A stretch of DNA of 64,000 bases, taken from NCBI GenBank assembly GCA_037137395.1, contig JBAXKK010000001.1, positions 29,904 to 93,903 on the forward strand, given 5' to 3'. Positions 39,020 to 47,589 of this stretch are shown here, piece by piece (position 1 is the stretch's first letter; each line of letters starts with the position of its first letter). A program made the position numbers and the translations under genes. A model generated the notes under the pieces. The model was not told where the DNA came from. It searched no databases and saw nothing but the letters and a program-made list of their open reading frames with translations. The stretch comes from Elusimicrobiota bacterium. GTDB lineage: Bacteria; Elusimicrobiota; Elusimicrobia; Elusimicrobiales; UBA9959.

Positions 39020-40351
39020 TTATTGTCTGCCGACAGACTTATATATAAATCCCAGTTCCCGCATTTTGGCCGGGTTATAAAGGTTGCGGCCGTCTATCAT
39101 GATCGGGTGCTTAAGCAGGGACAGCATCTTTTTCATGTCCAGCCTTGCGAATTCGGCCCATTCTGTGATAAGGCAGACGCAGTCCGCTCCGGCTACGCAG
39201 TCGTAGGCGTCTTTGGCAAAATAGATGCCTTTTGCCAGACCCTTGGCGTTCTCCTGTGAAACCGGGTCGTATCCGCGCACTTTGGCGCCGAGCTTTTTAA
39301 ATTCAGCAATAATGTCAAGGCTCGGGGCGAAGCGCATATCGTCGGTTTCGGGTTTGAAAGCCAGGCCCAGCAGGGCCACGGTTTTGCCTTCCAGATTCCA
39401 CAGTTCATCCTGAACTTTTTTTACCAGCCACATCTTGGCGGCTTCGTTAATGTCTTTAACGGACTTCAGCAGCTCAAAATCATAACCCTTGCGGTGGCTG
39501 AGCCAATAAAATGCCTCCAGATCTTTTGGAAAGCAAAATCCGCCGAAGCCGATACCGGCTTTCAGAAAGCTCATGCCTATGCGCTTGTCCATGCCCATTC
39601 CGCGCGCCACCATCTCAACATCGGCGCCGGTCTTTTCACAGACTTGTGCCACTGCGTTGATAAATGAGATCTTGGTAGAGAGGAAAGAGTTGGAGGCGTG
39701 CTTTATCAGTTCGGCGCTTTTTACGTCGGTCACCAGCAGGGGAGCGCCCTTCATACGCTTATAGATCCTGCGCATCACGGCTTCGCACTGCCTGGTGGGG
39801 CAGCCCAGAACCACGCGGTCCGGTTTTAAGAAATCTCCCACAGCAGTGCCCTCACGCAGAAATTCCGGATTGGAGGCGACGTCAAAGGGTATGTGCTTTT
39901 TGTTATGTCGCACCACGGTCTTATTGATCCACTCGCAGGTTTCAACAGGCACGGTGGACTTTTCAACGATAACGGTATAGTCGGTCATGTTGAGGGCGAT
40001 CTCTTCCGCCACTTTTTCCACGGCGGAAAGGTCGGCTGAGCCGTCTTCGCGCGGAGGGGTTCCCACAGCTATAAATATCGCTTCGGCCCTTTGGCCGCCG
40101 TGGTGCATGCCTTCTTTTATTGACCGGGTGAAAAACAGCCGTCCTGCCTTCACATTGCGTTTCACCACAGTTTCAAGGTTCTCCTCATAAATAGGCATCA
40201 CGCCTTTTTCAAGCAGCGCTATTTTTTTAGGATCGGAATCCACGCATACCACGCGGTGGCCGATCTCGGCCAGGCATGCCCCGGATACCAGTCCCACATA
40301 GCCGGCCCCTATAATGCAGATGTTAACTTTTTCATTATTTGTTTTTTTCAT
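39020..40351 (-). CDS. ugd: UDP-glucose 6-dehydrogenase
   Basis: GAGYVG, KSTVP, SNPEFLREG, GFGGFCFPKD, FKPETDDMR. Confidence 0.96.
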   Translation of the reverse strand: MKKTNNEKVNICIIGAGYVGLVSGACLAEIGHRVVCVDSDPKKIALLEKGVMPIYEENLETVVKRNVKAGRLFFTRSIKEGMHHGGQRAEAIFIAVGTPPREDGSADLSAVEKVAEEIALNMTDYTVIVEKSTVPVETCEWINKTVVRHNKKHIPFDVASNPEFLREGTAVGDFLKPDRVVLGCPTRQCEAVMRRIYKRMKGAPLLVTDVKSAELIKHASNSFLSTKISFINAVAQVCEKTGADVEMVARGMGMDKRIGMSFLKAGIGFGGFCFPKDLEAFYWLSHRKGYDFELLKSVKDINEAAKMWLVKKVQDELWNLEGKTVALLGLAFKPETDDMRFAPSLDIIAEFKKLGAKVRGYDPVSQENAKGLAKGIYFAKDAYDCVAGADCVCLITEWAEFARLDMKKMLSLLKHPIMIDGRNLYNPAKMRELGFIYKSVGRQ

Positions 40352-40393
40352 GGTTTCTCCAATATGTGATGCGAATAGCGCTTATGGCGGTTG

Positions 40394-41617
40394 TTATTTC
40401 GCCGGCGCGCAAACTATTTCTGAATCGCTCTCAGGTTCAACCTCGTGCGTCTTAGCCAGTTCACAGGCACGCTTCTTTTCTGCCAGACTTAGGAAATAGA
40501 TGGCGATGAATATTACCACCAGGCCTATCCAGTCTTCCGGCTTGGGAGGTTTGGCGGTCATCAGGAAGAAGACGACCAGCGTGGCAATGGTGCCGGCGAT
40601 GAGCGAGGTCAGGCGGTTGACCAGGCCTGAGAAGGTGGCGGTGCGGCCCTTGAACATAAAAAGGAATACTGAGAAGAACGCCCCTATGCCGTATGGTATG
40701 CCCGCCAGCGCGGCTTTAAACCACTGCGCGTGCGGCATGTTGAAACTGCTCTGGAAGTTGGCGACGAAATCTTTCGGATTCGCCGCGTCGGGGGCCATGA
40801 GAAAGACTACGGCGCACGCGGCGAGTATCATCGTAGCGCTTGCGGAAAGTTGCTCAATTGCGAAGAATCCTTTATTATCGTAGGGTACGCCCTTCGTCCG
40901 CGTGTTCTTAAAATAATTCATTATATAGATGCGGATGGCATAGGCGATGATGTAGCTTGTCAGAATGGTCATGGCCGTTACATTAGTTATGAATGCGAAA
41001 TTATTGGGGTCGAACACGAATAGCTGTTTAAATGAGGCTGTCAGCCCGGCCGCGGCTCGTGAGAAAGCGATAGCTCCCTTAAAGTTCAGCAACTGCAGTG
41101 CCACCGCGAAAAGCGCGAAGGCTACTGCCACATTTTCTTCCCAGTAAACCGTCTTGGTCAGTATGCCCTGGCGTATCTGGATTGAATCTATTATGCGGCT
41201 TATTATGATAATGCTGGCCCGCATGATTATCATCGCCACCATTACCGAGATGGGCAGCAGGTACATCAGCGTGGTCGTGGGGATAACTACGGCGGTGCAT
41301 ACTCCGGAAGGGATGATGTAAAGGAATTCTTTCGGGAAGGTCAGGCCCATGACCGTGATCCTGCCCTGCGATTGGAACTTGTACCACTTCCAGGCTATGA
41401 CAAGGCTGACGCAGAAGAGGCTGGAAAACAGCGTGGAGTAGACCATGTATTGAACATCGTTCATCGCCGGGTAGCCGGGCGCGGTGTTCATGAAATATTT
41501 AGGGAAGATGCCGGTAAGTATGTAGGTGCCGAAGTAGGCCAGCGCTAGCTGGAGCAGCCGTTCGGTCGTGCCGTCGTGGGTTTTTTGTGTAAAAACAACG
41601 CGCATCAACTTAAGCAT
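40394..41617 (-). CDS. 10-TM membrane protein, probable DMT-superfamily transporter
   Basis: Ten hydrophobic segments in a 5+5 arrangement; lies 42 bp upstream of ugd on the same strand. Confidence 0.65.
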   Translation of the reverse strand: MLKLMRVVFTQKTHDGTTERLLQLALAYFGTYILTGIFPKYFMNTAPGYPAMNDVQYMVYSTLFSSLFCVSLVIAWKWYKFQSQGRITVMGLTFPKEFLYIIPSGVCTAVVIPTTTLMYLLPISVMVAMIIMRASIIIISRIIDSIQIRQGILTKTVYWEENVAVAFALFAVALQLLNFKGAIAFSRAAAGLTASFKQLFVFDPNNFAFITNVTAMTILTSYIIAYAIRIYIMNYFKNTRTKGVPYDNKGFFAIEQLSASATMILAACAVVFLMAPDAANPKDFVANFQSSFNMPHAQWFKAALAGIPYGIGAFFSVFLFMFKGRTATFSGLVNRLTSLIAGTIATLVVFFLMTAKPPKPEDWIGLVVIFIAIYFLSLAEKKRACELAKTHEVEPESDSEIVCAPAK

Positions 41618-41781
41618 GTGATCCCCTTTTGCCGATTCAGCCTATATGTTATAAATTTAAATCCCGCGCCGCAATTCTCAATTTTCTTCCAGATTCCCCC
41701 GGTTTCTCCGGACTCGCAATTTCCGGCCGCATAGATTGCGTTGCAAATCGGCAATCAAAACTCTTTTAAAAGGAAGCAGGT

Positions 41782-42537
41782 TTACTTCGTCGCGCCCAGA
41801 ATCTGGCATTTGAAAGTGCCGCGCGTGGAGGGAAGGTAAAAAATCTTTCCGAATCCGTAGAGTTGGTGCCTGGCGATAAAATCCTGTATCTCGCTCACCT
41901 GGGCTGAGCTTTCAAGCGGGATCAGGCGATGCGGCTGTTTTATCGCGCTCAAGAGAGGCCCAACTTTTTGGAAGTCATAAGTCTCTATAATCTTGACCAC
42001 GCCATCTCTTTCGCTCTTAATCTGGAATTCCTTTAGCGCGGTTCCCGAGAGCGTTTCGGAGATCAGGAACCCCTTGAGTTTGTTCTCGTCCGGCATCTTG
42101 GACGCGGCTTTTTTTGCTTCGCCAAAAGCGTGGGAGAAAGCCTCGCCGAAATTGTTAAGCGGAGCCTCCATGCGCTTCAATTCGCCACTGATATAGGCAG
42201 AAATATTTAAAAGTTCGCCTTTGTAAAAAACCAGCTTATTCTCCGTGTAACTGTGCGAGGCGAGGATTTCCGAGTTTTCTATCTCGCGGAGAAAGTCTTT
42301 GGCCAGCTGGGGGGATATTTTGCCGCGCTTAACCGTGATGGCGTTTTTTGTTTCGGTCCGGGTGATTGCCGCCCCGTCCGCCGCGACTTCCATATAATAC
42401 TGCTGGCCTGTTTTTAATGACGAGACTGTCATCCAGCTGGCCCTGAGTTCGGCGCTTTTGGAGTAGGGGCGGAAAGCGTGGGCGACCGCGCCGGAGAAAA
42501 TTAGAAGCAGTGAAAGTGCCGCGAGCTTTTTAACCAT
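41782..42537 (-). CDS. Secreted hypothetical protein
   Basis: Signal peptide ending AHA; overlaps the DoxX gene stop. Confidence 0.7.
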   Translation of the reverse strand: MVKKLAALSLLLIFSGAVAHAFRPYSKSAELRASWMTVSSLKTGQQYYMEVAADGAAITRTETKNAITVKRGKISPQLAKDFLREIENSEILASHSYTENKLVFYKGELLNISAYISGELKRMEAPLNNFGEAFSHAFGEAKKAASKMPDENKLKGFLISETLSGTALKEFQIKSERDGVVKIIETYDFQKVGPLLSAIKQPHRLIPLESSAQVSEIQDFIARHQLYGFGKIFYLPSTRGTFKCQILGATK

Positions 42538-42991
42538 GCTTTTCCACCACCGAGTCTATGGAGATCCTTCCGCCGTATTTCCAGGCGAGGGCGGCCAGCG
42601 CCAGCAGCAGCAGGTTTTGGGAGAACTCATAGCCGAGCGAACTATTCATGGAGGCGCCGAAACAGCCGCAGGAGGTGACAGGTAGTTTCCTTACAATGGC
42701 CTGGAGCAGGAGCCCCTCAAAAGCGAGGATCATTGCGCAGACGGAGAGAGCGGAGTAGCGAGTGAAAACGCCTGCGGCCAGAAACACGCCCAGGTAAATT
42801 TCTATCCAGGGTACGGCCAGGGCTGTAAACATGGTCAAACCGGCCGGGATTGTTCTATAGGTCTCTATAGCGTAGGCGAATTCTTCCGCCGGCGCGGCGG
42901 CCTTTAGGAATCCGGCATAAATAAACACGCCGCCGGCTAAAAGTCTGGCCAGAAACCCTATAATCTCCATGGTCTCAATTTTTTTATTCAT
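42530..42991 (-). CDS. DoxX/MauE family membrane protein
   Basis: ARLLAGGVFIYAG..K, PWIE, CGCFG. Confidence 0.88.
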   Translation of the reverse strand: MNKKIETMEIIGFLARLLAGGVFIYAGFLKAAAPAEEFAYAIETYRTIPAGLTMFTALAVPWIEIYLGVFLAAGVFTRYSALSVCAMILAFEGLLLQAIVRKLPVTSCGCFGASMNSSLGYEFSQNLLLLALAALAWKYGGRISIDSVVEKHG

Positions 42992-43043
42992 ACGCGCGAT
43001 TTAACGCTAAGCATCGTCACTTTCCGGGCCAGATCGCAAGTTT

Positions 43044-43682
43044 TTAGTCTTTAATTCTGCTGAGTAAAATATCAAATTTTTTAACCTGGTCCAGGAACTG
43101 GGCTCCGCCGACGGCCCTTTTACCGTTTATGAAAAAGGTGGGGGTGGCGTTTACGCCCCGAAGGTCGCCTTCGGCAATGTCCAGTTTTACGCGGCGGGCG
43201 GTCTCAGGGTCGGCGGCGCATGCTTCCAGCGCCGGGAGGTTGAGCTTCAGCAGGGCGGCGGCAGCCGCGAATTCCCCGGGTTTTTCTCGGGCCTGAGCCC
43301 ACTTCTCCTGATTCTCAAAAAGCAGTCCGGCATATTCCGTGAATTTGCCTTGCGTGCCGGCGCAGTCGGCGTATGACGCCGCCAGGAAGGACCAGGGGTG
43401 GATGGCGGAAAGAGGATAATGTTTAAAGTTGACCCGCACCGCGCCTTTATAAAGCTGCAGGCTTTTCTTCAGATGGGCCTCCGCCGATCTGCAGGCGGGG
43501 CAGGCGAAGTCGGTGTATTCGTAAATCTGTATAGGGGCGTCCTTCGGGCCAAAAGCGCGGAAGTCCGGAGAAGGTCTGGCCGGGGCCAGGCTGGACTGTC
43601 GTAGCATTAAGACGGCCATGGTGGCCCCGAATACGAGCAGGACCGCTATTAAACCTTTTCTCGCGGTTGTTCGGCTTAACAT
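43044..43682 (-). CDS. DsbA/Com1-family thioredoxin-fold protein
   Basis: EYTDFACPAC, FKHYPL..H, GVNATPTFFING. Confidence 0.92.
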   Translation of the reverse strand: MLSRTTARKGLIAVLLVFGATMAVLMLRQSSLAPARPSPDFRAFGPKDAPIQIYEYTDFACPACRSAEAHLKKSLQLYKGAVRVNFKHYPLSAIHPWSFLAASYADCAGTQGKFTEYAGLLFENQEKWAQAREKPGEFAAAAALLKLNLPALEACAADPETARRVKLDIAEGDLRGVNATPTFFINGKRAVGGAQFLDQVKKFDILLSRIKD

Positions 43683-43785
43683 AAGTCTAATTATACAATA
43701 CTACGCGCACAGCGAAGCGGGGACGTTGCGAAATCAAAGAATAGGTCAGCGTTGAGACAGACCTCTTCCCTATTTCGCCATAGCG

Positions 43786-44004
43786 TTATATAATCCTAAC
43801 TATTTTGGCGGGGCTGCGGGCTCCTTTGACCAGCAGTATCCGCTTGCGGTCGGTATGGATCTCGGCGGCCAGCAACCCCAGGGCGGCGGCGTTGGCTCTG
43901 CCGCGTTCGGCCGGAGCCTTGATCCATATCTCAAAAGAGTCCGGCCCTTTTTTATTTATTTTATTTTCTTTCGCGTCAGGGTGGACTTTTAGTTTGTAGA
44001 ACAT
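43786..44004 (-). CDS. DUF167 (YggU) family protein
   Basis: KVHP.AK, APAERGRAN, GARSPAK. Confidence 0.85.
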   Translation of the reverse strand: MFYKLKVHPDAKENKINKKGPDSFEIWIKAPAERGRANAAALGLLAAEIHTDRKRILLVKGARSPAKIVRII

Positions 44005-44018
44005 AAAGGTTAAATGAT

Positions 44019-44091
44019 GCCATAGGCCTTAAGCCATAGGCCATAAGTTGCAAAGATCTCCTTAAAAAGCCTAAAGCCTAAAGCTTATGGC
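44019..44091. repeat. Heptamer-periodic inverted-arm element (GCCATAG / CTAAAGC type)
   Basis: gccatag-gccttaa-gccatag-gccataa (44019-44046); aagccta-aagccta-aagctta-tggc (44067-44091). Confidence 0.8.
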
Positions 44092-44096
44092 GTCTC

Positions 44097-45665
44097 TTAT
44101 TGCTTCGCAATAAGAGACTGGGAGGTCATATCCGCAGGCTGCGGCAGGCCCAGGATTTCCAGCACCGTGGGGGCCACATCTGAGAGTATGCCGTGAGGCC
44201 GCAGTTTCAGGCCGGCGGCGCCCTTCGCGACATATATAAACTCTACGGGATCGGTGGTGTGCGCGGTTTTAGCCATATTTATCTTGTAATCCCACATTTC
44301 TTCGGCGTTGCCGTGGTCGGAGGTGATGAGGGCAGTGTAGCCTTTCTTCAACGCCTCTTCCGTAAGCGCGCCGACGCTCGCGTCAACTATCTCTATGGCC
44401 TTTACGGCGGCTGTGAAGTTGCCGGTGTGCCCCACCATGTCGCCGTTGGCGAAGTTGACCAGTATAAAATCGTAATTCTGAGCGTCGATTTCTTTCGCCA
44501 CCCTTGCGGCCACCTCCGGGGCGTTCATTTCAGGATGCTCGCCGTAGCTGGACGGGTCAAAGGTGCCCGCTATCTCCACCTGATCCTCGCCTTTATAAGG
44601 CTCTATGCGTTTGCCGTTGAAAAAAGAAGTGACATGCTTAAACTTCTGCGTCTCGGCGATACGGAGCTGCTTTAAGCCGTGCTCGGCTATTACCTGGCCC
44701 AAAAGGTTGTTCATGCTGCCGCCCTCATCCATGGGTGGCAGAGCGCTGAATCTGAAGGCGTCATAATAGCGCGTAAGGCCGCAATAGACGATATTGAGTT
44801 TTTTCCAGCGCGAGCCGGAGTAATGGGGCTCCACAAAAGCCTTGGTGAGCTGTATCGCGCGGTCCTGGCGGAAGTTGGTGTGTATGACTGAGTCGCCTTC
44901 TCTCACGCCTTTATAATCCCCGATTATCGCAGGTGGTATGTACTCGTCTACGATCGGCTCGCCGTTTGGGTTTTTAAGTTCGCTGTAGGCGGTCTCAATG
45001 GCCTCCAGAGCGCTGTCAACGGGGGTGCCTTCGGCCCCGGTTATGGCGTTATAGGCCTGGTCAGTCAGAGCCCACTTTTCACCGCGGTCCATGGCGTAGT
45101 AGCGGCCCATTACGGTGGCGATCCTCGCTACTGGCACTTCTTTGATAACCTCCTCAAGCATCTTTAAAAAGCTGAGCGCGCTGCGGGGCGGCGTGTCGCG
45201 TCCATCGGCGAAGAAGTGGATGCGAATGCTTTTTACGCCGGCCTTGGCGGCATGGCGCATAATGGCGTACATATGGTCCTGATGGGCGTGGACTCCTTCA
45301 TCTTGGACCAGGCCCATGATATGGAGAGTGGACTTTTTGTTTACGGCGTTATCTATGGCGTTCTTGAGGGCCGGGGAATTGAAAAAAGTTCCGTCCTCTA
45401 TCATATCCATGATGCGTTTTAGCTCCTGTATGACTATTCTGCCGGCGCCCATATTGAGATGGCCGACTTCAGAGGAGCCCTGATAGCCTTTAGGGAGACC
45501 GACGGCCTCACCCGCCGGTTCAAGGACAGTATTCGGGTATTCTTTGAGGTAGCGGTCTATGTTGGGCTTTTTGGCGTTATAGACGGCGTTGAATTTATCT
45601 GGTTTGGCTATGCCCCACCCGTCGCGTATTATCAGCAGAACTTTTTTCTTATCCATTATTTTCAT
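44097..45665 (-). CDS. gpmI: 2,3-bisphosphoglycerate-independent phosphoglycerate mutase
   Basis: DGWG, GSSEVGH, DGRDTPP, GRYYAMDR, DMVGHTG, DHGNAE. Confidence 0.97.
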   Translation of the reverse strand: MKIMDKKKVLLIIRDGWGIAKPDKFNAVYNAKKPNIDRYLKEYPNTVLEPAGEAVGLPKGYQGSSEVGHLNMGAGRIVIQELKRIMDMIEDGTFFNSPALKNAIDNAVNKKSTLHIMGLVQDEGVHAHQDHMYAIMRHAAKAGVKSIRIHFFADGRDTPPRSALSFLKMLEEVIKEVPVARIATVMGRYYAMDRGEKWALTDQAYNAITGAEGTPVDSALEAIETAYSELKNPNGEPIVDEYIPPAIIGDYKGVREGDSVIHTNFRQDRAIQLTKAFVEPHYSGSRWKKLNIVYCGLTRYYDAFRFSALPPMDEGGSMNNLLGQVIAEHGLKQLRIAETQKFKHVTSFFNGKRIEPYKGEDQVEIAGTFDPSSYGEHPEMNAPEVAARVAKEIDAQNYDFILVNFANGDMVGHTGNFTAAVKAIEIVDASVGALTEEALKKGYTALITSDHGNAEEMWDYKINMAKTAHTTDPVEFIYVAKGAAGLKLRPHGILSDVAPTVLEILGLPQPADMTSQSLIAKQ

Positions 45666-45822
45666 CCTCGCGGAATCATGTTGAAAACTATCACCTCTGT
45701 ATTTTAGAAAATAAGGAGGCTGTTATGATATGGCCCTCTACGGCCGGAGCTTTCACTCAGGGATAAGGAAATTTTAGCCGCCTGCCAAAAGAGCGGAATG
45801 CCGGCCGATTCCAAAAAAGACC

Positions 45823-47121
45823 TTACAGTGTAATGTCCAGCGCGGCGGCTGCCGACTGACCGGCCAGGCAGCCGGTGGAAAAAGCCTCCTGCAAATTATA
45901 GCCGCCGGTAATCCCGTCAAGATCCAGCACCTCTCCGCAAAAATAAAGCCCGCGCACTATGCGCGACTCCATAGTCCTGGGGTGTATTTCAGCCAGATTT
46001 ACGCCCCCGCGCGTGACAGTCGCTTCCTGTATGGGGCGCGGCCTGGTTATGTGGATCCGGAAATCTCCGAACAGCTCCGCTATTTTTTTGCGCTCGGCGC
46101 CGGTTATTGAGGCGCACTGCCTGCCGCGGGCAATACCGCTCAGCCGCTCAAACACTGAGGCAAGAGAGTCCGGTAAAGCCGCTTTGAGATAAGTTGAAAA
46201 CATTTTGGCGCCGTTATCGGCAAAATACTTCTGGGTAGCAGCGGCTAATTCGGCGGGCGTCCGCTCCGGCGCCAGATTCACGGATAGCTCCACCCTGTTT
46301 CCGCGCTCAAGCAGGGCGTCCACCGCGACCCCGCTCATGATAAGGAGTTTGGGGCCGGAAACGCCAAAATGCGTGAATAATAATTCGCCTTTTTCCGTTG
46401 CCGCCGTCCTGCCGTTGATTAAAACCGAAAGCGCTACGCCTTTAAGCGTCAGCCCCTGCAGATCTTTTATAAACGAATCATCGGATTCAAGGGCGGTAAG
46501 CCCCGGCCTTAGCGGGACGATGGTGTGCCCGCATTGCTTTGCCAGGGAGTAACCGTCCCCCGTGGAACCGGTTTTAGGATAGGACATCCCGCCGGCGGCG
46601 ATAATTATTTTTTTGCCGCGGATAACTCCGCCGCCCGGGAGTTTTACGCCCTCTATTTGTGAGCCGTTGCGAATCAAAATGCCTGCGGCCTGCGAACCGC
46701 AGGCGATACTGACTTTGCTGTCTTTCAGGTAGCCGATCAGCGCGGCCAAAACGCTGCGCGCTTTGTCATCTGAGGGGAAGATCTTTCCATCCGGATCCGC
46801 GCGGGTCGGCACTCCGCGCGAATTGAAAAAGGCTATCAGGTCTTCGTTTGAGAATACGCTCAGGGCCCTGTGCAGGAAGTTCCCATTTTTGCCGAAAGCC
46901 GCGATAAATTCTTTTAAGTCCGCGCTGTTGGTCAGGTTGCACCGGCCGCCGCCGGTAAGCAGCAGCTTCACTCCAAGGCCCGGATTTTTTTCAATAAGCG
47001 TGGTTTTGGCGCCCGACTCCCCCGCGCGGCCCGCCGCCATAATCCCGGCTGGCCCGCCCCCGATGACGAGTATGTCCGCGCTGTCGTGGTTCGCGTGATA
47101 GTTTCCCATATCCATTTTCAT
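45823..47121 (-). CDS. HI0933/BaiN (YhiN) family flavoprotein
   Basis: GGGPAG, TGGGRCNLTN, GGMSYPKTGSTGDG, FTHFGVSGP, GGYNLQEA. Confidence 0.93.
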   Translation of the reverse strand: MKMDMGNYHANHDSADILVIGGGPAGIMAAGRAGESGAKTTLIEKNPGLGVKLLLTGGGRCNLTNSADLKEFIAAFGKNGNFLHRALSVFSNEDLIAFFNSRGVPTRADPDGKIFPSDDKARSVLAALIGYLKDSKVSIACGSQAAGILIRNGSQIEGVKLPGGGVIRGKKIIIAAGGMSYPKTGSTGDGYSLAKQCGHTIVPLRPGLTALESDDSFIKDLQGLTLKGVALSVLINGRTAATEKGELLFTHFGVSGPKLLIMSGVAVDALLERGNRVELSVNLAPERTPAELAAATQKYFADNGAKMFSTYLKAALPDSLASVFERLSGIARGRQCASITGAERKKIAELFGDFRIHITRPRPIQEATVTRGGVNLAEIHPRTMESRIVRGLYFCGEVLDLDGITGGYNLQEAFSTGCLAGQSAAAALDITL

Positions 47122-47138
47122 ATTTAAGCAGGTAGCCT

Positions 47139-47167
47139 ATTATAGCGGCCCCGGAGTATTTTTGCAA
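47139..47167 (-). promoter_or_regulatory. Sigma70 promoter of the BaiN-family gene
   Basis: TTGCAA-17 nt-TATAAT on the minus strand. Confidence 0.7.
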
Positions 47168-47177
47168 CTTTGGGAAA

Positions 47178-47523
47178 CCCTAATCCTCCGTTAAGTATGC
47201 GGCCATATAGGAAACCAGATTTCACCTAATGGGTGAAATGGGCTTCACTTTCAGTTGTAATCTTCAGGTTTGCGGGGCTGTCGGGGGCCTGGAACGCGAA
47301 ACCAGTGTCGGCCACACCGTGGCCGCACTTCCGGATCGGACCCAGTGTCGCAGGGCTCCACCCGCTCGGCGCGCTTATGCAAGCGCCGAACGAAAGTAGT
47401 GTCCGTAGCAAACCTCTGGTAGCCCAGTCCACTCCGGTACGGTTTCGCTAACCCAGATCCCCCGGCGCCCGCTCCGATATTGCATCTGTCTTGATTTTAC
47501 ATTTACTTAGCGGAGGATTTGGG
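47178..47523 (+). ncRNA. Candidate ~345-nt structured RNA or cis-regulatory leader closed by a 16-20-bp inverted repeat
   Basis: AATCCTCCGTTAAGTA (47182-47197) pairs with TACTTAGCGGAGGATT (47504-47519); nested internal stems; mismatches are G-U on the + strand. Confidence 0.5.
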
Positions 47524-47589
47524 AAATGCAAATTAAACTATTTATCTCGCCGGGGATAAAAAACAGGGCCGGATATCGTATTATTTATC

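Noticed and set aside
41660-41760. Weak GCAATTC/GCAAATC repeats
   Set aside because: Only two units each and no clear complementary arm.
45728-45748. Possible further copy of the clostripain box upstream of gpmI (TGGCCCTCTACGGCC)
   Set aside because: It is a single copy with different internal spacing; too weak to call without a PWM.
47226-47451. 68- and 72-aa ORFs inside the structured region; similarly 29293-29538 and 63375-63629
   Set aside because: They have no SD or recognisable motifs and overlap stronger non-coding signals.
47178-47523. RNase P RNA, tmRNA, SRP RNA or retron msr-msd
   Set aside because: It lacks GAGGAAAGTCC, tRNA-like ends and the SRP GGAAGGAAGCAG loop; no reverse transcriptase gene is nearby.
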